DNA of 64,000 nucleotides from positions 3,472,001-3,536,000 of the forward strand of contig CM126233.1 of NCBI GenBank assembly GCA_052327205.1, in the 5' to 3' direction. Origin of the DNA: Somniosus microcephalus (lineage: Eukaryota). The translations under genes were made by a program, and so were the position numbers. The notes under the pieces were generated by a model. The model saw nothing but the letters and a program-made list of their open reading frames with translations. It did no database searches and was not told the DNA's origin. This document shows positions 11,830-24,300 of the stretch, one piece after another (the stretch's first letter is position 1; each line of letters starts with the position of its first letter).

Positions 11830-14800
11830 TGAAGGGGTTAAAATAAATCCTCTCAGAATTCAGACAGCCACCAGCAAAATTAAAATCAGAACAAAGGAGT
11901 GGGGTCATGTGAAGATGAACTAAAAGGAACCAGGTGGTGATAAGGAGTCTCATACTAACAACTTTCTTATGTGAAAAACAAAGATAAGACAGTACAGATT
12001 GGAAAAATTGCTACTCTTGCTAGTCTTGCACAAAGGACAGTGTGTAGAGAAACTTTGAGAAGAAATGTGCTGCTTCAGCTAAAAATTGTAGACACAACAG
12101 AATATAGGGGTCATGGGAATTTGACCTGTGACCAAAGGCATAGTAAGATGTAACTAACCTTTACCAATACTGAAAAGAATAAATAAGCCATATGTGATCA
12201 GGTGATTATTGTAATACAATGTGATTGGATGAAAATAGAATAAAAGCTGTACCAACCAAGAGAGAACGAGAAGGGTGTCACTAGACCACGGGGTCTATGA
12301 CCTTCTCCCAGAACGTTCTGTTAATAAAACTGTGTACTTTTACTTTAAGACAGACTCGAGTGAATTTATTTTTCACCACAAATTGGCGTAGTCGGCAGAA
12401 TGCTACGGAGCTGAAAGACTGCCCGTACCAGTGAACCCGGACGAGAAGTCAAATTCTGACCATCCAGAAATTGAGTCATCTGGGAAGGCGGAGGGACAGT
12501 GCCGTTGCATCACGAATCAAGTGAAAGTCTGTAAGAGGTGAGAGAACACAGTTGTGTGAGTGTGGATCGCATGAATTAAGGGAACACTGTGTAGCGATAG
12601 AGGTTGCGAAGGAATGAGTGATTGACTGATCGACAAGGACAAGGAGGGTGCCTGTCTCATCGACCCTAGCCTGAGCCGGAATTAAGAGGGCGATTGGGCC
12701 CCACGTGATGGCCAGGATCAAGTAGGCTGAGAGACTCCAAAGTACCCTGTGATCGTGAAGTCAATGAATGTATGTGTGCTTAATTGTGACTAATTAACTG
12801 CTTAAATAGTCTTTTATGACCACCGGGGGTGTTACTAGAGGTAAGACGGAGGGGAGCAATCCCAGGTCACGGATGTACCATGAATAAAGACAGGATCACG
12901 GCAAACCCGCACAGAGAAACGCAGCAGATTAGATAAGACTGACGTAGGACTGGATATGGCATCGGTGAAAGAGATGGAATGGGGACCCCCTGGGCCCCTT
13001 ACCAGGCTCTATGCAGATGACCAGAAGGGTTTGATAGACAAGATGAAAAAGGACGGATGGGATCTGTCTAAGGTACCAGTGTACCAACGAGAATGGTGGG
13101 AGACACAAAAGGGAAGTAAGACAAAGAAAGTGGGAGTTATATTGGTACACCAATTAGTAACGGTCATTCAAAAGACCGAGGAAATTAAAACGAAAATCTA
13201 CAGGAGCAGGCGACAAAATTAGAGAAAAAAATTGGCAAAATTAAAGGATAAACAAGGAGAAAGAAGATGGGGACACCGATGGAAAAAGAGGGAAAAAAAA
13301 GAGAAACTTAAAGTTTTACTGACATGGAAGTTATTAACATTTGTGCTGAGACAGTATTTCTTTTGTCTGAAAGTCTGTCTTTAAAAGAAAGATTCTGTTA
13401 TGTTTGTTTTAGCTCCACCCACTTCTCTGTGTTAAAAAGTGTTTAAAAACTTTTGTCTTGTCTTGGATTTTGGAAGTTTTAAGAATGTGCAAATAAGATT
13501 GTGCCCCAAGAATTGAAAAAAAACCTTTGAACTAATTTAAGTTAAGCTGGTGTGTAAAAACTGAGAAGAGCAACAAAAAGTTTGTTTAATAAAAGATTAA
13601 GTTTCAGTCTAAGATTTAACCTTGGAGTCACGGTTGCTATGGTGAAATCTTCTAAAGCAGTTTGATTTGATTTGTTTAAATGTGAAAAACTAATTTTTCT
13701 CCAGTTATATTCAATGTTTTTACAGTATTTTGGAAAGACATCTGAAGAAAGGACAATAAGAAAATATGACGTAATTTACTGTTTTCTGCAGGAATGTGCT
13801 ATTTTGTTTTGTTTGTCTGTTCATAGTTTTACAAAAGATAAGCTTCTGCCTTAAAGTTACAGTTGCCAATGTGCTTAGAAGAAAACTAATTTGAATGTTT
13901 ACAAGATCTGGATTAAATTGGAGTTATGAGATGAATTAACCTATTAAAACCAGACTTTCATTGTGGCCACAGTGAAATTTTCGTTGGTGTAAATTTGTGT
14001 AGACCACATTGAATAAGATAACTCCGCTCTGCAAGAACATCCGATAGTTGCAGAGTTCCTTACAAAGACTTACTTAGCTTGCGAACTTTGCTCAATCCCG
14101 TCTTTCTTCACTGTTCATATTACCTCTGTGTTCGTGTTTAGTTAAAGTGTGAAAACACAACTGTCTTTCGATCAGGAAAGTTTTTTTTTGATTTACGTGA
14201 ATTGACGCAGTTGTGTGCGCTTGATAATGTTTTGCTCCACCTTCTTAAAAACCTGCAAAGGAGTTAACCCTTTCCACTGACAGCTGTTTAGGTTCACCAA
14301 GCAACAACTTTAGCATGAAATCTAAAGATATTGGACATTATTAAATTTAAGTTTCTTAATTTTAAGTTATTATTTCACCACAGTGACAGAGGGAAAATTA
14401 AGATTTGATAAATTAACCCCTTGGGCTCTAAGCAGGGTCACAATGGATTCCCTTCTTTCTTTTGTTATATGGAAGTTACCTTGTAAACTAATTGCAGCAC
14501 TTCTGTCTCTAATGTTAAAAACACTGTGTAAGCTACCTAGCCTGAGAATCCCTTGTTTCTGAAATTGGAAATGGAAGATAAATTGATAGAGATGAACTTG
14601 AACATTGACAAAACCTGTCAGTTCAACTGTACTGCTATTTGGATTTTGGGATAATTTTGAAATGACAAAATGGACTCAGGCACTATATATTTGGTTATTT
14701 GGGGAAAATAAAAGATCCTCTAAAAATAATCATAATAAAATGTGTTAATAACTTGGATTAAGTGAGAACATTTGATGTATGTTTTCTATCTTAAATATTG

Positions 14801-17536
14801 TACTGGACAATAAAGTTTTTCCAGGACTCATGAAAGAGATATGAATGGTAATTAAAGGAAAGTGATTGAGAGTGTAAGATTGAAACAGGAGAATTACACT
14901 ACTGAGTGGGAATTTTCAAAATTTTCTAGTGAAAGTCAGGAAAATGTAGTTAAGAATAGTAAATTGATAGCTTTCTCTTGGAGGCATTTGTGTCCCTGCC
15001 TTTAATGAACTTTTAAGAAAACTGAATTTGATAGTCTGGCCACTACCCAAGACATTGGGACCATGCAGAGGAAGATGAGCAAAGATCTCCAGGTGACTAC
15101 AATCTTTCGATAAGATACCTGAAAGCCCGAGAAAGGCTTGTATCGGATGGCATGTGTGGCACGATATTGAGATACTGATATGAGTGTGCAAATGTGATTC
15201 AATACGTATGAGGTAATTACCATCCAGGAATGTATGTTGAGTTTGCACTGAGGAATGGGTCTCAGACATGCTCAGTTACTTGACAACAGCAAGACATGAA
15301 ATGGTTAATGTGGCTCAGGAGAACGAAACAACTTTTAAAGCATTGACACATGCTCCATCGAGAAACTATCTAATTAATGAAACAATCAGAATAGAGTTAA
15401 ACACACTGGCACCTGTTAGAGGGATTGAAATTGAAGTTGAAGTGGAGAGTTACATGGAATCTGGATTGGGACAATTGAGGGCCAAGGAGAAATCATGATT
15501 AGTAAGAATTATCCACAAGATGGATACGAGCAAAAGAGAGATCTGGAGAATCTTTTAAATCTATGATTTGTTGATTAGATGTTAAACTGTAATGTCGCTT
15601 GAAATGATTGTAAGACTGAATTTAACTGTGACTGTAATAATTGTGTTTTGTAGGTAACAGAGCGTGGGAAAAATCAGTACGAATCCAGTATGAGGTGATT
15701 TTAGTGGTGCCTCCTGTGTCACTACTACTGCAATTATCATGCTTTACGGGTCTAACAGGACCTGTCCCATCAAGTATGAGCTACACAATTATGTGGCACA
15801 ATTCGGATACTCGGATATGACATTCCCCTGTTGTTTGTGGGTTTCAGTGAGCTCATGATGTGACTGAACTCCTCCCTAAAGCATTTTTATGTTTTGGAGC
15901 AAGACAACACGAGAATAGATATTGAAATTGACAGCATAGGGGACAACTCACATTGATGGGGTATTGGGCTTAATACATCAGCACACACTTAGGTTTGTAT
16001 TATTTCACATGCTCTGGTAGTTATCCAACTTGTAATGATAGTGTATTTGATATATGTAACGTGTGTAGTAAGACTTTGATACATAAGCCAATTGGGTACT
16101 CATGCCCATGACTGACAAACACTAACACATTAATTGAGCACACCGAAAGAGAAGATCCAAAGTAATGTAAAGGAGACCCCAGGTGAGTTAACATCAGGAA
16201 AGATAGAAGAAACAGAGGAGATCCCAGGCGGGGCAGAATTGGAACACCGGAACAGTGAATTGAATTTGAGTAAGGGGTCAGAGGTTGCTCCTTCTCCTCA
16301 AAGGAATGGACTGTAAGGAAGGGAGAAATCTTCAAGACTCCCTACTAACTAACGCCCAAGCTGAGAGAGCAATAAGAGCTGGCTAGATTAGTCAAGAGCT
16401 GATTGTGAGAAGTCAATAAGGATATTTCCTTCTCAAAAAAGGGAATTGTAAGAAATAGCTGTTAGATTCAAAGATGGGTTTTATCAAGCATCAAAAGATG
16501 GTAAAATGCAAGGAAACAGGGAGGATAGCACCTGCTAGATAACAAGGAGCCACGAAACCCCAGGGGAAGGTTGGTGGAGTTGGCTATTTGGAGGATCTTG
16601 GGGTTCATACCTGATGCATAGACGTATAATTGTTATTATAGCAGTAGTATTATTTTGTGTTATGATGACGGGTCTGAATGCATGCTGTCAGGCAGCTGTG
16701 TCCCGAATAGTGCCGGTTGCAACAGTTGATATAGAACCAGAAACCAAACAGTTAATGCGGGATAATGAACTGACAGAAGTAGGGACATACATGTAAAGTT
16801 CTTTGGTCATTTGCACAGACTATCACGCCTAGCACAACAAGATAGACAGAGGGGAAAGACGAACTTAGGTACTAAGTTTAAGCTATCAGTATAGGAGTAA
16901 TCCCGGGGATGGTAAAAGTGGAAAAGAAGTTGGTATCCCTAGCCAAAGTCTAAATTTGGAGCAGGACCAACAGGAGGGACTGAAGGGGTTAAAATAAATC
17001 CTCTCAGAATTCAGACAGCTGCCAGCAAAATTAAAAACAGAACAAAGGAGTGGGGTCATGTGAAGATGAACTAAAAGGAACCAGGTGGCAATAAGGAGTC
17101 TCATACTAACAACTTTCTTATGTGAAAAACAAAGATAAGACAGTACAGATTGGAAAAAATGCTACTCTCGCTAGTCTTGCACAAAGGACAGTGTGTAGAG
17201 AAACTTTGATAAGAAATGTGCTGCTTTAGCTAAAAATTGTAGACACAGCAGAATATAGGGGTCATGGGAATTTGACCTGTGACCAAAGGCAAAGTAAGAT
17301 GTGACTAACCTTTACTAACACTGAAAAGAATAAATAAGCCATATGTGATCAGGTGATTATTGTAACACAATGTGATTGGATGAAAATAGAATAAAAGCTG
17401 TACCAACCAAGAGAGAAATAGAAGAGAAGGGTGTCACTAGACCGTGGGGTCTATGACCTTCTCCCAGAGCGTTCTGTTAATAAAACTGTGTACTTTTACT
17501 TTAAGACAGACTCGAGTGAATTTATTTTTCACCACA
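11830..17536 (+). mobile_element. Non-autonomous LTR retroelement/ERV with gag and env remnants and no recognisable pol
   Basis: LTRs 11830-12380 and 16981-17536 (about 96% identical by eye); TSD CTAG; PBS TGGCGTAGTCGGCAG at 12384 (tRNA-Ser type); purine tract before 16981; gag-like start 12956-13222; env-like TM region 15880-16080. Confidence 0.9.
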
Positions 17537-17943
17537 CTAGCATTCTCCACTACACAACAGAGACCCTAGAATCTTTAATCCACAAAAAGTTGTATCATCG
17601 GCGATTGCTGGTATTTCGCCATTATTACCCACCACAAACCCGGCACATTATGTTCCAATTCTAATTTTCACACACAAAAGCACAAACTCCCGCTCTCACA
17701 CAGAAGGCTGGACAATTGAAGCATTGCTTGCAGTAAATGGATAGAAACATGGAGTGGTCGATGCCAATAGCGTAGCTGCATTTAAGGGAAAGCTAGACAA
17801 ACACGTGAGGGAGAAAGGAAAAGCAGGTGAGATGAAGCATTGCAGGAGAAGGATGGTGTGGAGCATAAAGTCCAGCACATTCAAGTTGTTTCCATGCGGT
17901 GAATTCTGTCTACAGCAGAATGTATGAAAGCAGTTTTTTTAAC

Positions 17944-17970
17944 CTGCTTTTGCTTCTTGCACACGTTGAT
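17944..17970 (-). CDS. Putative 27-nt phase-1 micro-exon (DQRVQEAKA)
   Basis: cttcttattctttcag|ATCAAC...AAGCAG|gttaaa (strong acceptor, weaker donor). Confidence 0.55.
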
Positions 17971-18275
17971 CTGAAAGAATAAGAAGATTGCAACTCATTC
18001 ATTGAAATGGCAGAATTTAATTGTGCAGCGGATTTATACCTCAATTTCTAATGTATTCCAAAATCACCATTTAGGATGAGAAGTGCCTCGATGAACATCC
18101 CAATGTGGAGATGTGTCAACAGCGTCACCGTTGGCAGAAGGGCGTAAGGCCAACGCGAGGTTTACGGCTGCCGGTCGTGACAGCTTTTTTTCTGATCATA
18201 AGGGAATTGTTTGGTTAATTTCCCCGTCAATCATAATGGGAGACTGCGCTGCCCATGGTGACTGGGATTGATATA

Positions 18276-19035
18276 GGGAAAGTAATTCCTTCCCAAACGC
18301 GTGAGTACGGAAGGGGTACTCACACGTCTGGCCGGAGGAAATGCCGGTTTTCAGCATGCACAGCGCATGCGCTGAAAACCGGCATTTCCTCTCCTCTAAC
18401 CCAAGAGGTGAAGAGGCTAGCGCGTGCGCTGTAGGGGGCAGCGCGTGCGTCTTGGATTTCCTCTGTTTTGGGGGATTTGCGCATGTCTAAAGGCCTCCGG
18501 TCTTTACGCTTGTAAAAAGCACACGTAAGTATTTATTTTTACAGGTAAGTGGTGTTTTAGTGCAATTTAGAAAAAAAATTTCCACAGGTTTTTATTTTAA
18601 AGAATCTACAATAAGGTAAGTTTAGTTTTAGACCCTTTTTATTAAAAAAAAAAAAATTTCAAAAAAAAAATTGTTTAAATTATTTTTTTAAACTTATTTA
18701 TACTTAATTTAATGATTGGGATGTTTTTTAAAATGTTATTTAAAGTTTAAGTAGTGTTTTGGGGTGCAGTAGTTCTCATGAGTTTGACAGTTCTTACTCT
18801 CAAACTTATGAATGAAGTTTCCCCTCCCCTGATTGGCTGAACAGTGCTCACCTGATCCCAGCCGGCACATCGCACTAACTACGCCGCTGGGTCAGGTTAG
18901 CACAGCGCGCCGACTGCTGAACCGGGCCTGTGACAGGAAATCCACTGCGGGCCAGGTTTCAGATGTCGGCGCGCCGGGTAAGTGCACATCAGGGGCTTGC
19001 ACGTGCGGCAAGCCCCCGACACCAAGTTCTGGGCC
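18276..19035 (+). mobile_element. Harbinger-type MITE
   Basis: Ends GGGAAAGTAATTCC / AAGTTCTGGGCC; same palindromic subterminal cassette as 39280-40022 and 49598-50335. Confidence 0.7.
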
Positions 19036-21399
19036 ATTATGCACATAATTTGCAGTATGTCACTATCCTCCACTCACTCCATTAAGCTGAAGCAATATTC
19101 AATGTGTATTCTGCAATGATCCTGCATGCACTGCAATTTGCAGGTATAATTGCCCTGCTTTTATAGAGAGAGTTTTCTATAGTTTAGGTCATGAGTTCTA
19201 TTTGCTGTATAAATAAACTCAGTTTGTTATAAGTCCCACCCCGCCTTAAACTCACTGGCTGACGCATTGCAACGCATTGGTTGACAAAGCTCAAGTCATT
19301 GGTTGACAAAGTGCTACTTATTGGCCGACAGCTCTATGCACTCTCACCTTTGCTAATTATCCCTTGTTTGTAACGTTAACAAATATATTCTGGAGCAGTT
19401 TATAGGCAGCTTCCGTATGCAGACCCCTATCCAACATGTTGTTGATATTCTCACAAAATTGAACTTGATTAGTCAGACTTGATGGAACTTACATGAATCC
19501 ATGATGTCACTTTTTTCTCCGTCACCATCCGCACACTTTAATGTAAAACTGGCATTTGAGCAGTTACCCGTTGTCTCTCTCCCTCCCTACTTAAATTATG
19601 AGGTGACAGTTGCAGTGTTCCAATCCAAAGGCACAATTCCTGAATTTGGAAAGCTTTGAAAAATTATGTTTAATGCAGCTGCAGTTTTCTCAACTAATTC
19701 TCTTAATACACTGGGGTGGAAAGCAACAGGTCTTAGAGACGTGACTCCCTGAAATCCCGTTATATTCTCACCGTTATCCTTCTTTTAACCTGTTTTGAAT
19801 CCACTAAATTAAAGCACTAGATTTATTTTAGCTCCCCCTGTACCGCTTGTACTATGTCCTCTTCCTCCATTGCAAAAATGGAGAGCAAGTAATCATTTTA
19901 CAAGAATTCCCTTTCCTTATTGCCCTGAATATTCTAGCCTCTTGTCCTTCTTTAGTGGAGTCGCGTTTCACATTGCCACTCTTTCTCTTAATAAGTTGAG
20001 AAAAACAATACAATCTTAGCTCCAGTATATCGTCCAAGCTTTTTACCCACATTCACGTTTTGCAACTATATATAATTTTTGGGTGAAGAGCAGAGGGGTG
20101 GGACTAAATCAATTGCTCTTCGAAAGAACAGGACAGACTCGATGGGCCAAATGGCCTCCTTCAGTGCTGTACTACTCCATGTTTCTATGAGCCTATAATT
20201 TAGGTTTCAACACCTTTTTGGGAGGGGATTACACCAACGTTTGACTGAAGAGATTCTGACGGAGATCACTCCTCAAAGGAGTGGCTTTAATTTTAAGTTT
20301 AAGCTCCCCTTATTCTGGACTCCACCGCCAGAGGAAACCGATTCTCCCGATCTACCCGGTGAACTCCTTTAATCAGCAACCACTTGTATTTATATATTTT
20401 CTTCAACGTAGAAAATCATCCCAAGGCGCTTCACAGGAGTATTAAAAGACAAAAAGAATGACGCCAGCTCATAAAAGGAGAAATTAAGGCAGATGACCAA
20501 AAGCTTGGTCAAAGAAGTAGTTTTAAGGAGCATCTTGAAGGAGGAGAGAGAGCTTGAGAGGTTTAGGCCAGGAATTTCAGAGCTTAGGGTCCAGGCAACA
20601 GAAGGCACGGCCACCAATTGTTGAGCGATTATAACCAGGGCTGCTCAAGAGGGCAGATATCTCAGGTGGTTGTGGTGGTGGAGGAGGTTACAGCGATAGG
20701 GAGGAGGGGGCGAGGCTATGGATGGATTTGGAAACGAGGATGAGAATTTTAAAATTGAGGCTTTGCTTAACCAGGAGCCAATGTAGGTCAGCGAGCATCT
20801 GGGTGATGAGTGAATAGGACTTAGTGCAAGTTAGGCCAAGGGCAACCGAGTTTTGGAGTACTTCAAGTTTACGCAGGGTAGAGTGTGGGAGGCCAGGCAA
20901 TAGTTAAGTCTAGAGGTAACAAAGGCATGGATGAGGCTTTCAGCAGCGGATCAGCTGAATCAAGGGCGGAGACGGGCAATGTAACAGAGGTGGAAATAGG
21001 CGGGCTTAGTTATGGTCCGGATATGTGTTCGGAATGTAATTTCAGATTCAAATATGACACCAAGGTTGATAATAGTATGGTTCCGCCTCAGACAGACGTT
21101 AGAGAGAGATATGGAGTCGGTGGCTAGGGAACGGAGTTTGTAGCAGGGACTGAAATCAAAGGCATCGGTCTTCCAAATAATTAAGTGGAGAAAATTTCTG
21201 TTCATCCAAAACTGGATGTCGGACAATCAGTCTGACAATTTAGAGACCGTGGAGGGGTCGAGAGAAGTGAGGGGTGCTTGTCGTCAGCGGACGTGCAGAA
21301 ACTGACGCTGTTTTATCAGATGATGTCATCGAGGGGCCACATAAGGCTTACAAATAGAAGGGGGCAAAGGATGGATCCATAGGGGACACCAGCGGTAAA

Positions 21400-24300
21400 T
21401 GTAGTGTATGTACCTTTAAGAGAGAACTACTTTTACAGCTCCTGTATACGGTAGTACTGGCAGTGACCACACCTGTATATAAGCCTTGAGCATGCCTCTG
21501 TACCCCAGTCTTGAAACTACCCTACTCCAGTAAATACCTGTTGATTGTTAAGTTACAGCATCCGTGTGGTTATTGAAAAACATCATACTCTCAGAATCAC
21601 GGATCTAACAGTGGCGACGAGTGTCGATTCGAATCTACCTGCAACTCTGCATTTCCCTTCGAGGATTCGCTCCGGGAGGGCGGTGGAAGAAAGTCGAGGC
21701 CAGAAACACAGGCGTCGACCACGAGCAACCGCCCAGTCATCCAGCAGAGATTGAACATCGCTGGGGAGGCTGTGGAGAGCCGGGCTTGGTTCCCCAGCCA
21801 TGACGATCAGCAATAGACTGACGATAGGGACAGCGCAGACCCTTCCCAGACAGCGGCGGCTGGAGCTGACCGATGGCAGAGAGAAAGTCGAGCAGCGTCG
21901 ACGGGGTAAGACAGAGAGACAGAGGGTGAAGCGCACAGGGCGCAGCCGGGGGTTGAAAACCGAGCGGCGTCGAGGAAAAACAAAATGTAGAGAGAGAGGG
22001 TAAAGCAACAGCCGGGTTCAGGACCATGCGGCGGAAACGGGAAAGGCGCACAAAAAAAAAAAAGAACACGCAGAGCACAGCCAGGGCTCAAGGGCTGAAC
22101 AGTGTCCGCGGGGAGAAGAAGGGAGAGCGCGGGAGACGCCATTCAGCCGCGGAGAAGAAGGGGAAGCGCGGGAGATGCCATTTTTGACCGTTAAATCACA
22201 CCCAGGGATGCAGAAGAGTGGCAGTATCTCTACATTCGACAATGAAGTCGAAGATTGGGTGACATATGTCGAACGTATTGAGGTGTACTGCAGGGCGAAT
22301 GAAGTGCCAGATGCTAGGAAAGCACTGGCTTTGTTAAATTCCATGGGTGCAAAAACTTATGGGTTACTGCAAAACCTAATAACCCCAGAGAAGCCTGTGA
22401 ACAAGAATTTCGAAAGCATAGTAGAAATCCTACAGGACCACTTAAACCCCACACCGCTGCTGATAGCAGAATGATTTAAGCTCCATAAAAGGAACCAACA
22501 CAAAGACAAAAGTGTTTCTTCTATGAAAGCAATGCTGAGTACCTAACGGAACTGCACAAGCTATCGAAACACTGCCAGTTTGGAGCGCGACTAGCAGATA
22601 CGTTAAGGGACAAGTTTGTGTGTGGGCTGCAAAGTGAAGGAACCCAGAAACGGCTTCTATCAGAAAAGGATCTTACGCTGGACAAGGCTTTCAGTATGGC
22701 AGTATCACACGAAGCAGCCGCAAGGGGCGCTGCAGAGATACAACGGAGACCGCAAGAATATGGCACCAATGAAATGTCCTATGGAACAGGGAAGTGCTAT
22801 CGCTGCGGCAGAACAACACATGACCAGAAGGATTGTTGGTTCAAGGACCAAGTGTGCAGACAGTGTGGAAAAGCAGGACACATAGCAAGAGTCTGCAGGT
22901 CTGGGAAGAAAACCAACAGTAAGAAATCTCCACAGGAGAAGTACAAAAAGATACACCAGGTGATGGACAGTAGTTCAGAAGAACAGAAAAGTGACACAGA
23001 CTCCGGAAGCAAGGAGCTGGGTTGTCTGAAACTACATAAGGTAACCAAAATGGAGGATCACCAGACTATCTGGGTTACACTCAAGATAGACGGAATCCAA
23101 GTGAAAATGGAATTGGACACAGGATCAGCCCTAACAGTCATAAACCAAAGGGACTACAAGCGGCTATATTCACATATACCCTTGAAAGCTACAGAGATTG
23201 TCTTGAAGATGTACACGAGGCAAAAAGTCTACCCCAAAGGAAAAATAAGGGTGAAAGTGATATATAAAGGCCAGGAAATACCTAAAATGGATATATATGT
23301 ATTGCCAGATGGAGGACAACCACTGCTAGGACGTGAATGGATCCGGAAGATACAATTAGATTGGCATTCCATACAGGCACTGAAGGTTGAGGCCAAAAAG
23401 GATGATGACGTCACACCTGGACGACTGTCAAAAATGCTAACTGACGAAAAAGAAGTGTTCCAGGAGGGACTCTGAACACTAAAAGGCATAACAGCAATGA
23501 TTAAAATAGAGGAAAATGCAAGCCCAAAGTTTCTTAAGGCCAGACCAGTGCCTTATGCGACCAGACCAGCTGTCGAAGCAGAGCTGGAAGGGTTGGAACG
23601 CTCAGGAGTACTGTCCAAAGTAGACTGGAGCGAGTGGGCTACACCCATCGTTCCTGTAATGAAGAGGTCGTTGAGTAATACACCTGGGGAACCAAAGAAG
23701 GTCCGCATCTGTGGGTATTTTAAGGTGACAGTGAACCCAGTCCTTCACACGGTACAATATCCGCTTCCACGAATTGAGGATATATTCGCCTCGCTATCTG
23801 GAGGTAAACGCTTCACCAAAATTGATCTAGCCCAGGCGTACTTGCAAATGGAGGTAGATGAAGCCTCGAAACAATACCTTACGATTAACACTCATAAAGG
23901 TCTTTATCAATACAACCGGCTGGTGTTCGGGGTAGCATCGGCTCCGGCTATTTGGCAAAGGGCGATGGATCAGGTCCTGCAAGGGATTCCAGGGACCCAG
24001 TGTTATTTGGACGACATCCTGGTCACGGGCGAAAATGACAGTGATCACCTCGCCAACTTGGAGAAGGTGCTCACCAGATTAAAGGAATATGGGCTACGAG
24101 CTAATCGCCACAAGTGCGAGTTTTTCCAGAAGCAGATCTCGTATTGTGGCCACGTCATCGATGAAGAGGGGTTACATAAGTCCCCTGAAAAGATTGAGGC
24201 AGTAGTCAAGGCTCCAGCACCGGAAAATGTGTCACAACTGAGGTCGTTCCTCGGGCTGGTAAACTACTAGCATAAGTTCTTACCAAATTTGTCCACGGTA

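Noticed and set aside
19348-19362. Strong donor AAAG|gtgaga with a possible 15-nt exon
   Set aside because: No pyrimidine tract at the only in-frame AG
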